Shown here: positions 62,001 through 64,000 of the stretch, in pieces
Layout: each line of letters opens with the position of its first letter
Numbering within the stretch: position 1 is the stretch's first letter
Source of the DNA: Podarcis gaigeae
Lineage: Eukaryota
Length of the DNA stretch: 64,000 nt
Reading direction: 5' to 3' (one strand)
Assembly: GCA_964106915.2 (NCBI GenBank)
Contig: OZ066916.1
The notes under the pieces: model-generated
Seen by the model: only the letters and a program-made list of their open reading frames with translations
What the model was told of the DNA's origin: nothing
Databases searched by the model: none
Position numbers and translations under genes: made by a program

Positions 62001-63592
62001 CAAATCCAACTCAAATGTGGCCAAGTCATTCTCTGCCCTTATTGCTGTACCTTACTTTCCCCATGAGGTATTAGCAAGACAGAAATAAAATAGTCCCCAC
62101 TACACACTGAAAGTGACATATAAAATTAAACGAAAACTAAACTTACCATCGAACTAAAGTATCATGACTCCTCAGTAAAGGGACACACACACTCCAGTCC
62201 CATAACTCTCTGAATACAGCCTGCTCTTTTTGGAGGAATTTGTAGGCTGCCTCCATGAGATCCCTTAACTTCATTCGTCGTCGCCCATATCGAACCATAT
62301 TTGTATCTGAGCTCTCCAGAAACAGTCTTTGGAACACTGGTGAAGTATCCTTAAAGTATCTCAAAGCAAATCTACATGAAATGAAGATATTGAAAGCAAA
62401 TGTAAATGTAGCTAGAACAGCGAGGTTTCAGCTCATCTGATGAAGCAGATGCTTACCTATTAAAGTCCTGACACAAATAAGACTGCTATGCTTTTCTGAA
62501 CTTGGAAAGAAATTGCCCTCCCCTCCAAAAAAAAAAAAAGTCCTAATAAAAGTTATGGTCTTCTTTTCAGCAAATTGTGTTTTAATGAAAATAAAAATAA
62601 TGGGGAAATTGAAATTCATCACCACTTTTTTCACTTCCTTAGTTTATCAGAGATTAAGGTCAGCCTGCCAGCTCTGTGAGTGGTGGGGTAGGGACAGCTG
62701 GTTGGAAGTAGTATTCTGGACTTGACACTCAAACAATAGCCTGAAGACACTTGATGTAGACCCAGCTCTGATCTCACTAGTAGCAAGATAGGAACAGTAT
62801 GCATGTTACTCAAAACTCCTTGGATAAAAGTGTTACTTCTAATGTAATATGGGGATCTGTCAAGAGCAACTTTCACTTAAACCTCTCTCACTGAAGCAAA
62901 TAATGCACACACACACCCCTTTATGTTAAAGAAGATGCAGGCCTAAGTGCCATTCAATCTTTGTATTCCTCTAAACTGAAGCTTGGGTTACATCACCCTT
63001 ATTGTCCAATCCTATGCATTTTATTCAAAAGTATGGCTCGCTTCCAAGTAAATGTGCACCTAACAGCAGCTTTAGTTGCAATTCAGTAATTGCTGAATTG
63101 AGCATGTAATAGAATACAAGGCCTTGGTTTAAAACAATTAGCCAAGCAGATACCCTTGACATGTGATACAAAAGGTATGCACAATTGCAAATTCCTGCAG
63201 CACACCTCAAAAAGGGATATGGATCATGGAAACCGGGCTCACTACTCATGGCTGTATGAATGTAAATCCAACCTGAACTGGCTACCATGTGCACCAACCC
63301 TCAGCTTGTCCACCAAGCAATTCCCCATGAAAGCAAAACTTAATCCCAGACATCTACTGACTTACGGCATCACATCTGGATGATCACCAATAAGTTTGCT
63401 CATTGCCACACAGAGTCTCTCATGAAGATCATGGTTGATCTGGCCACTGGATTTAATTATTTCTGCATTTCTTTCCATCAAATCAAGCAAGATTGGACGA
63501 AACTGACGGCCAATGAGGAGCGTGCATTCTTTATCCAACAGTAACTGTGCTAAGGCACTGAGGATGCACTGACGGTCCTGCTGACTCCAGAT
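61..63592 (-). CDS. MDN1: Midasin (MDN1/Rea1) AAA+ ATPase, partial multi-exon gene (coding exons 2-76; gene extends past both window ends)
   Basis: 75 exons join into one frame with matching phases. Six Walker A motifs (GPVGCGKT, GETGTGKT, GDTSIGKT, GDTGCGKT, GSPGVGKT, GPAAAGKT) and Walker B motifs (ILLEDID, ILLDEIN, IILDELN, FLMDEIS, IVLDELN, LLMDNVN); peptides are recognisably vertebrate midasin. Exon numbering inferred from recalled vertebrate structure. Confidence 0.98.
405..608 (+). mobile_element. Degraded tRNA-derived SINE with L2-like/(TAAA)n tail
   Basis: B-box-like GGATTCAGATCCC, CCTAACCTAC core, ends AATAAATAAATAAT; homologous to 42670-42870; boundaries approximate. Confidence 0.55.
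661..695. repeat. (GA)n microsatellite
   Basis: About 17 GA units. Confidence 0.95.
917..1063 (-). CDS. MDN1: MDN1 exon 75
   Basis: 147 nt; DVISSSHELQ...KEKQKSEAKHLLVQKQRALTELFKNLANTG. Confidence 0.93.
1197..1353 (-). CDS. MDN1: MDN1 exon 74
   Basis: 157 nt; AAHLEDIQG...LQGRLPKLTKRMEKIC...LVESLDNFTG. Confidence 0.9.
2467..2662 (-). CDS. MDN1: MDN1 exon 73
   Basis: 196 nt; TLFKFMKKFEAALNEPCRSALV...KLTARSHSAQ. Confidence 0.9.
3236..3309 (-). CDS. MDN1: MDN1 exon 72
   Basis: 74 nt; EFVIISKWNDVSFWAIKQSVEKTHR. Confidence 0.93.
3489..3598 (-). CDS. MDN1: MDN1 exon 71
   Basis: 110 nt; DMLCSVLWNLYNYYKQFSECVQTRLTELRHPIEKELK. Confidence 0.93.
4417..4554 (-). CDS. MDN1: MDN1 exon 70
   Basis: 138 nt; DVNLKALLGTLQAFIEGSTLGEFDTRLQMLLEFHCHVLLMPQVEGN; acceptor position less certain. 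Confidence 0.85.
5508..5632 (-). CDS. MDN1: MDN1 exon 69
   Basis: 125 nt; CWSVSLDNTRKHHTEKSMKHWFSIYQMIEKYRQEQTQKNTE. Confidence 0.91.
6200..6294 (-). CDS. MDN1: MDN1 exon 68
   Basis: 95 nt; DWEENASRAVSLRKHLDLVTQLIIQWRKLELN. Confidence 0.93.
6553..6648 (-). CDS. MDN1: MDN1 exon 67
   Basis: 96 nt; LLVVLDRICSFPLSSPLSKFLNGLEILLAKSQ. Confidence 0.93.
6971..7206 (-). CDS. MDN1: MDN1 exon 66
   Basis: 236 nt; EMNDNLHGSQLLAST...GPYDFYHHPN...QEWPDHPALVQ. Confidence 0.93.
8018..8224. mobile_element. Tc1/mariner (Tigger-like) MITE
   Basis: TA|CAGTCGTAC ... GTACAACTG|TA. Confidence 0.75.
8547..8820 (-). CDS. MDN1: MDN1 exon 65
   Basis: 274 nt; DFEDITAEASLE...IHQQLCLYFARSLWY...HFYPLIG. Confidence 0.92.
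9805..9966 (-). CDS. MDN1: MDN1 exon 64
   Basis: 162 nt; VIINEWDEQERQAQEEEEQKNSLYRYR...EEEEEEREFRRKFPLHEK. Confidence 0.93.
10807..11506 (-). CDS. MDN1: MDN1 exon 63
   Basis: 700 nt; MLCQRIQKLKDQIASLSQKQAYRPQ...GELDHKSLQLFRHLCQ. Confidence 0.93.
12002..12111 (-). CDS. MDN1: MDN1 exon 62
   Basis: 110 nt; LHHLECEWKTHNLSTQLRTGKDLEDEAISHHSHPHIR. Confidence 0.92.
12890..13277 (-). CDS. MDN1: MDN1 exon 61
   Basis: 388 nt; FTDSRFQG...RRGSLWVNLGLLQIQLWLPQTQYDPAVKREYKLKYAEEE. Confidence 0.92.
13552..13766 (-). CDS. MDN1: MDN1 exon 60
   Basis: 215 nt; GVGILSRAVFSKCLSEILTSS...VTLGERLERAQQLQE...MAEFR. Confidence 0.92.
14942..15746. mobile_element. Non-autonomous Tc1/mariner-type element (CCGTA termini)
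   Basis: CCGTATTTTT ... AAAAATACGG|TA; left TSD appears mutated (TG); homologous to 31625-32703; internal tandem ATGGATCCACATGGATCCTCAGGA units. Confidence 0.85.
15937..16104 (-). CDS. MDN1: MDN1 exon 59
   Basis: 168 nt; VSAEEISLVWSELVNAALVAFWSSVVTTNPERWLTWQPL...TVLFR. Confidence 0.88.
17012..17338 (-). mobile_element. Sauria SINE (tRNA-derived)
   Basis: Minus strand starts GGGACGGGGGTGGCGCTGTGGGTTAAACC and has B-box GGTTCGAATCC; body matches recalled Sauria SINE; 15-bp TSD TGATGATAATAATAA (16997-17011 and 17339-17353). Confidence 0.9.
17563..17689 (-). CDS. MDN1: MDN1 exon 58
   Basis: 127 nt; NGSSQQSSLCSEIRQFIAFCLKFTPSTSQQLQGLYYLLDSQK. Confidence 0.9.
18106..18328 (-). CDS. MDN1: MDN1 exon 57
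   Basis: 223 nt; ELWALVNLQ...KVQLWPAMEYLAVLWQYKLTTD...SLQR. Confidence 0.91.
18600..18810 (-). CDS. MDN1: MDN1 exon 56
   Basis: 211 nt; DVGVVDASVQLRKISKALN...LLQAQGLVLRANNLKDVIS. Confidence 0.9.
19400..19470 (+). mobile_element. Short LINE (L2-like) 3' end with (GAT)n tail
   Basis: GGGGAAACCCAACCAGATGGGTGGGGTATAAATAATAAAT(GAT)n; second copy near 23890-23928. Confidence 0.5.
19745..19865 (-). CDS. MDN1: MDN1 exon 55
   Basis: 121 nt; LPKDIQSASQQIQACLANPAGVSASVKKLQKFWGRPLPFK. Confidence 0.91.
20325..20485 (-). CDS. MDN1: MDN1 exon 54
   Basis: 161 nt; ILHCLLWRDRFWTISDMVAVDSSGLALLSLHWHWVVKHL. Confidence 0.91.
21287..21420 (-). CDS. MDN1: MDN1 exon 53
   Basis: 134 nt; DPGSHSSLPHAVVVNLAGFFELWDAFVLNWV...DEKMYE. 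Confidence 0.9.
21566..21675 (-). CDS. MDN1: MDN1 exon 52
   Basis: 110 nt; AILLLDREKKSYVERSLINTKKPRTSALRMSLEFHK. Confidence 0.9.
21991..22120. mobile_element. Palindromic hAT-like MITE (GGACTACAACTCCC family)
   Basis: Fold-back CAGCCTTCATCAACCTGGTGCCC...GGGCACCAGGTTAGTGAAAGCTG; degenerate 8-bp TSD (CATTACAC/CCTTACAA). Confidence 0.7.
22463..22592 (-). CDS. MDN1: MDN1 exon 51
   Basis: 130 nt; DEHVIPMDPRWNMQCLDII...QLLILLKSLSNR. Confidence 0.91.
22717..22754 (+). ncRNA. Minimal type I hammerhead ribozyme motif, copy 1
   Basis: GUAU-CUGAAGA-A-[GUGUGC-AU-GCACAC]-GAAA-GC-UC^AUAC: conserved core, palindromic helix II, AGCU palindromic helix III, 4-bp helix I; predicted cut after 22750. Confidence 0.75.
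22903..22940 (+). ncRNA. Minimal type I hammerhead ribozyme motif, copy 2
   Basis: Identical to copy 1; predicted cut after 22936. Confidence 0.75.
23283..23396 (-). CDS. MDN1: MDN1 exon 50
   Basis: 114 nt; SVYTQLEAGAASLNNFYFSPLSGAISNVIKLLQPNMT. Confidence 0.91.
24181..24434 (-). CDS. MDN1: MDN1 exon 49
   Basis: 254 nt; PLTIHDFEKI...LFIEKATNQDWTLRVGWLNQLKKNLPQVP. Confidence 0.86.
25359..25561 (-). CDS. MDN1: MDN1 exon 48
   Basis: 203 nt; HMLDLIMKHVSVL...GLWPDSASSALF...YCLNRLNLRNSR. Confidence 0.88.
25820..25965 (-). CDS. MDN1: MDN1 exon 47
   Basis: 146 nt; SSYTLSALINAATLIVQQLRRG...SQQSGDNQK. Confidence 0.9.
26212..26414 (-). CDS. MDN1: MDN1 exon 46
   Basis: 203 nt; LFLSMDPSHGEISRAMRNRGIEIY...TEAKESIAG; weak AAAAAG acceptor. 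Confidence 0.88.
26846..26990 (-). mobile_element. Short tRNA-derived SINE with CR1-type 3' end
   Basis: Minus strand: tRNA-like TTGGTTAGAGTGCGGTG...GGCTTGATCCC head and CCCTTCCAACTCTACAATTCTTTGATTC tail; boundaries approximate. Confidence 0.6.
27459..27575 (-). CDS. MDN1: MDN1 exon 45
   Basis: 117 nt; PSVLDRLNALLEPGGVLTMSERGVIDGVTPTITPHPNFR. Confidence 0.93.
28236..28395 (-). CDS. MDN1: MDN1 exon 44 (AAA6 Walker B)
   Basis: 160 nt; FSRLVEEFRHF...GTFEWVDGMLVQALQSGEWLLMDNVNFC. Confidence 0.93.
29151..29421 (-). CDS. MDN1: MDN1 exon 43
   Basis: 271 nt; VDIIRPWKSLLEKVENVVSTLLRDSLL...NNKISSYSKP. Confidence 0.92.
29639..29899 (-). CDS. MDN1: MDN1 exon 42 (AAA6 Walker A)
   Basis: 261 nt; VGFSILSR...VILVGPAAAGKTSL...DTTELLGGFEQ. 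Confidence 0.92.
30009..30098 (-). CDS. MDN1: MDN1 exon 41
   Basis: 90 nt; VVCLFRDIFGQDAEPYMGSRQFHITPYDVQ. Confidence 0.92.
30899..31087 (-). CDS. MDN1: MDN1 exon 40
   Basis: 189 nt; VDQEVMIEKKWGHKGGPWEFNLRDLFRWC...ERMRTNTDKEK. Confidence 0.93.
31625..32703. mobile_element. Non-autonomous Tc1/mariner-type element (CCGTA termini)
   Basis: TA|CCGTATTTTTCTCTCTATAACACGCA ... TGCGTGTTATAGAGCGAAAAATACGG|TA (about 26-bp TIR); three internal 140-155-bp tandem units and a (GA)n(GGGA)n tract. Confidence 0.88.
32818..32925 (-). CDS. MDN1: MDN1 exon 39
   Basis: 108 nt; VFVDPLSSADMEYIGNTLFPAIDKKIIAKMVEFNNM. Confidence 0.93.
33096..33293 (-). CDS. MDN1: MDN1 exon 38 (GC donor)
   Basis: 198 nt; LNLASQSVLEGLNACFDHR...GRKGLPKSFLNRFTQ; donor CAG|GCAAGT. 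Confidence 0.9.
33513..33732. mobile_element. hAT-type MITE
   Basis: Perfect 8-bp TSD GCATAGCC (33505-33512 and 33733-33740); imperfect TIR CAGGGACGTCCAAC / GTTGGACACGCCTG; repeated subterminal GATCTAC. Confidence 0.85.
34333..34455 (-). CDS. MDN1: MDN1 exon 37
   Basis: 123 nt; DVTDLFGTDLPVEGGKGGEFAWRDGPLLAALKAGHWIVLDE. Confidence 0.93.
35011..35219 (-). CDS. MDN1: MDN1 exon 36 (AAA5 Walker A)
   Basis: 209 nt; DYALNAGTTAMNAQRLLRALQLNKPILLEGSPGVGKTSLV...RINLSEQT. Confidence 0.93.
35805..36002 (-). CDS. MDN1: MDN1 exon 35 (GC donor)
   Basis: 198 nt; TMSCSAGSAALAREKCLEYL...GIHPFFIPTG; donor CAG|GCAAGG. Confidence 0.85.
36295..36528 (-). CDS. MDN1: MDN1 exon 34
   Basis: 234 nt; TDIAGLMMDFIEWLTNQEFG...HAACLVYIDGIGSG. 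Confidence 0.92.
38124..38253 (-). CDS. MDN1: MDN1 exon 33
   Basis: 130 nt; LSPALRNRFTEIWCPQSNNRMDLMQIVNHNL. Confidence 0.93.
38710..39706. mobile_element. Non-autonomous Tc1/mariner-type DNA transposon (CCGTA termini) with GC-rich hairpin-array interior
   Basis: TA|CCGTATTTT ... AAAATACGG|TA termini; right end is the reverse complement of the left end of the 14942 and 31625 elements; no transposase ORF. Confidence 0.85.
40335..40470 (-). CDS. MDN1: MDN1 exon 32
   Basis: 136 nt; VLETEKMLVLAEK...KFRILATMNPGGDFGKKE. Confidence 0.93.
40696..40823 (-). CDS. MDN1: MDN1 exon 31 (AAA4 Walker B)
   Basis: 128 nt; EFDGSRLFEWHDGALVLAMREDGFFLMDEISLADDSVLERLN. Confidence 0.92.
40868..40894. repeat. (ACAT)n microsatellite
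   Basis: About 6 ACAT units after a (TG)n run. Confidence 0.9.
40963..41101 (-). CDS. MDN1: MDN1 exon 30
   Basis: 139 nt; CGKTTICQIFAALAGRKLHSVNCHLHMETSDFLGGLRPVR. Confidence 0.93.
41207..41345 (-). CDS. MDN1: MDN1 exon 29 (AAA4 Walker A, first half)
   Basis: 139 nt; EFSHIVWTQGMTRLAVLAGRALEFGEPILLVGDTG. Confidence 0.9.
41466..41600 (-). CDS. MDN1: MDN1 exon 28
   Basis: 135 nt; FMLLAGRVRKQEEVDVIQTVIEKHFKRKLHPQRLFSEE. Confidence 0.92.
41722..41863 (-). CDS. MDN1: MDN1 exon 27
   Basis: 142 nt; SYRRGSSVFAGKHGFITLRDLFRWAERY...WLQHLANDG. Confidence 0.93.
42222..42368 (-). CDS. MDN1: MDN1 exon 26
   Basis: 147 nt; VLSRAFRNRFVELHFDELP...KLVKVMLELQ. Confidence 0.93.
42670..42870 (+). mobile_element. 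Degraded tRNA-derived SINE, same family as 405-608
   Basis: GGTTCAACTC B-box, AAAGCTCAC..GGCCAGTC..CAGCCTAACCTAC..ATATGCCACC shared blocks; boundaries approximate. Confidence 0.5.
42919..43127 (-). CDS. MDN1: MDN1 exon 25 (AAA3 Walker B)
   Basis: 209 nt; VLIDAMRKGYWIILDELNLAPTDVLEALNRLLD...QNPPGLYGGRK. Confidence 0.93.
43266..43444 (-). CDS. MDN1: MDN1 exon 24 (AAA3 Walker A)
   Basis: 179 nt; TYPVLIQGDTSIGKTSLIRW...RINNHEHTDIQEYIG...LIFKEG. Confidence 0.93.
43552..43717. mobile_element. Tc1/mariner (Tigger-like) MITE
   Basis: TA|CAGTAGTACCT ... AGGTACCACTG|TA; internal GGTTTAAGAA/GTTTACGAAC repeats. Confidence 0.8.
44656..44807 (-). CDS. MDN1: MDN1 exon 23
   Basis: 152 nt; SLPEPKGGRMIKVEGYWISIGD...LRDIVRVVSAG. 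Confidence 0.93.
45756..45866 (-). CDS. MDN1: MDN1 exon 22 (GC donor)
   Basis: 111 nt; GFCLGFLTQLDRSSYPVVQRLICQHILSGNVKSILKQ; donor CAG|GCAAGT. Confidence 0.88.
46017..46164 (-). CDS. MDN1: MDN1 exon 21
   Basis: 148 nt; FYLSVRKECETKLVDGTGHRPHYSLRTLCRAL...QRSLYE. Confidence 0.93.
47606..47758. mobile_element. hAT-type MITE
   Basis: Perfect 8-bp TSD CTACAAGT (47598-47605 and 47759-47766); TIR CAGTGCTTTT / AAAAGCACTG. Confidence 0.88.
47848..47961 (-). CDS. MDN1: MDN1 exon 20
   Basis: 114 nt; FTELYVEELQNEGDLQILIMDYLKGLNVSKSVVQGIV. Confidence 0.93.
49345..49441 (-). CDS. MDN1: MDN1 exon 19
   Basis: 97 nt; PLVRHSNFRLFACMNPATDVGKRNLPPGIRNR. Confidence 0.93.
49840..50081. mobile_element. Tc1/mariner (Tigger-like) MITE
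   Basis: TA|CAGTGGTACCTCGGGTTA ... TAACCCGAGGTACCACTG|TA, perfect 18-bp TIR. Confidence 0.9.
50551..50695 (-). CDS. MDN1: MDN1 exon 18 (AAA2 Walker B)
   Basis: 145 nt; GTLAQAVKKGEWILLDEINLAAAETLECLSGLLEG...DRGDT. Confidence 0.93.
51362..51465 (-). CDS. MDN1: MDN1 exon 17
   Basis: 104 nt; SPLKEKWEELGIRLDHAKQQMKMTENALVFAFVE. Confidence 0.92.
52050..52078. repeat. (ATT)n microsatellite
   Basis: About 9 ATT units. Confidence 0.9.
52382..52591. mobile_element. Tc1/mariner (Tigger-like) MITE, same family as 49840
   Basis: TA|CAGTGGTACCTC ... GAGGTACACTG|TA; internal homology to the 49840 and 54298 copies. Confidence 0.88.
52737..52942 (-). CDS. MDN1: MDN1 exon 16
   Basis: 206 nt; YKPVDNKLIWLPLRESFEELFAQTFS...KEAKENG. 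Confidence 0.92.
53506..53566 (-). CDS. MDN1: MDN1 exon 15
   Basis: 61 nt; HRLRVINMNQQSDTADLLGG. Confidence 0.92.
53660..53808 (-). CDS. MDN1: MDN1 exon 14 (AAA2 Walker A)
   Basis: 149 nt; FAPTRPSSVLIEQLAVCVDKGEPVLLVGETGTGKTSTVQYLAHITG. Confidence 0.93.
54092..54204 (-). CDS. MDN1: MDN1 exon 13
   Basis: 113 nt; TEYYCQLYKPEIAIREQEVSVGRVQLLRKQ. Confidence 0.91.
54298..54523. mobile_element. Tc1/mariner (Tigger-like) MITE, same family as 49840
   Basis: TA|CAGTGGTACCTC ... GAGGTACCACTG|TA. Confidence 0.9.
55307..55402 (-). CDS. MDN1: MDN1 exon 12
   Basis: 96 nt; ALDCFTAMLSKQGSRLKMAEIIGSQLNISKHK. Confidence 0.92.
55868..55949 (-). CDS. MDN1: MDN1 exon 11
   Basis: 82 nt; DLLNWCNRIAYNFDSSSSSTALNIFHE. 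Confidence 0.92.
56233..56423 (-). CDS. MDN1: MDN1 exon 10
   Basis: 191 nt; ILQRRYPKLTVVIDRLLEIYVELTG...LEGRELSLR. Confidence 0.92.
57244..57358 (-). CDS. MDN1: MDN1 exon 9
   Basis: 115 nt; LFSYGGGWYKQQNSHAALLDKYWTKIKLNNMPKVELRE. Confidence 0.92.
58043..58146 (-). CDS. MDN1: MDN1 exon 8
   Basis: 104 nt; ISVLIPLLENGELLIPGRSDCIKVAPGFHLFATRR. Confidence 0.93.
58816..58947 (-). CDS. MDN1: MDN1 exon 7 (AAA1 Walker B)
   Basis: 132 nt; TLLGMYRCTDVPGEFVWQPGTLTQAVSKGHWILLEDIDYAPLDV. Confidence 0.93.
59501..59716 (-). CDS. MDN1: MDN1 exon 6 (AAA1 Walker A)
   Basis: 216 nt (213 if the second AG of the CAGCAG acceptor is used); LLEGPVGCGKT...QLGDQTDSK. Confidence 0.88.
60156..60201. repeat. Perfect inverted repeat (20-bp stem, 6-nt loop)
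   Basis: TGTGTGGTGCAATTGCCTGG-CCCAAT-CCAGGCAATTGCACCACACA. Confidence 0.9.
61100..61292 (-). CDS. MDN1: MDN1 exon 5
   Basis: 193 nt; LLEESRMQNVECALVLANPD...VVAVCGVLLPRQQFGPGEN. Confidence 0.92.
61406..61513 (-). CDS. MDN1: MDN1 exon 4
   Basis: 108 nt; YTASCLALVTCMNDEHRLSFLKKIFNPEELIHFRL. Confidence 0.92.
62147..62371 (-). CDS. MDN1: MDN1 exon 3
   Basis: 225 nt; FALRYFKDTSPVFQRLFLES...SHDTLVRW. Confidence 0.93.
63366..63592 (-). CDS. MDN1: MDN1 exon 2
   Basis: AG/GT bounded, 227 nt; IWSQQDRQCILSALAQLLLDK...LHERLCVAMSKLIGDHPDVMP. Confidence 0.93.
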
Positions 63593-63684
63593 CTGAAAAC
63601 AAAGAGATGCTCAGTAAAGAGTGATCTCCCCCCCCCCATACTACTGCAGTACAAGTCAAGTTGTGTATAGAAGAGACTTTAGAG

Positions 63685-63820
63685 CAACATTCTTCAAACT
63701 TGGATTCCCAGATATTGTTGGACTACAACTCCCACCATTCCTGATTATTGCCTAAGCTGGCTGTGGATGATGGGTGTTGAAGTCCAACAGTATCTGGGAA
63801 TCCAAGGTTGAAGAAAACTG
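63685..63820. mobile_element. Palindromic hAT-like MITE (GGACTACAACTCCC family)
   Basis: TTCTTCAAACTTGGATTCCCAGAT...ATCTGGGAATCCAAGGTTGAAGAA inverted arms; degraded relatives near 22310-22432, 46400-46525, 47490-47580. Confidence 0.7.
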
Positions 63821-64000
63821 CCTTAGAAGTACAACAAAAAGGGATGAAAAAGATTTTTCAAACCTCCATAGAAATAGGATAAAGCTAGGAGGAAGAGCTG
63901 AAGAAGAATGTGGAAAGCAAGAATGGGAGGGAAAGGTACTTTACACTTAGTGTAAAATAAACATTTCTCCTGTTCCCCCTTTATTCATTCTACTATGAGA

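Noticed and set aside
1-64000. Intronic snoRNAs (plausible in a ribosome-biogenesis gene)
   Set aside because: No convincing C/D or H/ACA structure seen by eye on the minus strand; an Infernal/snoscan run is needed to exclude them.

Overview
Eukaryotic genomic DNA from a squamate reptile. The repeat content suggests a lacertid-type lizard, which is inference. The whole window lies inside the MDN1 (midasin/Rea1, AAA+ ATPase for pre-60S ribosome maturation) gene on the minus strand. I traced 75 consecutive coding exons, numbered 2-76 by correspondence to the vertebrate gene (about 12.4 kb CDS, about 4,100 codons). Splice phases are consistent throughout, and the exons cover the N-domain, all six AAA modules with intact Walker A/B motifs, and much of the helical linker. 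Exon 1 lies beyond the right edge; the acidic region and MIDAS domain lie beyond the left edge. Three introns use GC-AG. The introns hold many non-autonomous transposons (Tc1/mariner and hAT MITEs, a Sauria SINE, other SINE/LINE remnants). Two insertions stand out. (1) A young 284-bp insertion flanked by a target-site duplication (TSD) carries two tandem minimal hammerhead-ribozyme motifs 186 nt apart, the architecture of a Penelope-derived retrozyme. (2) A 1-kb mariner-type MITE has an interior made of a regular array of GC-rich hairpins.
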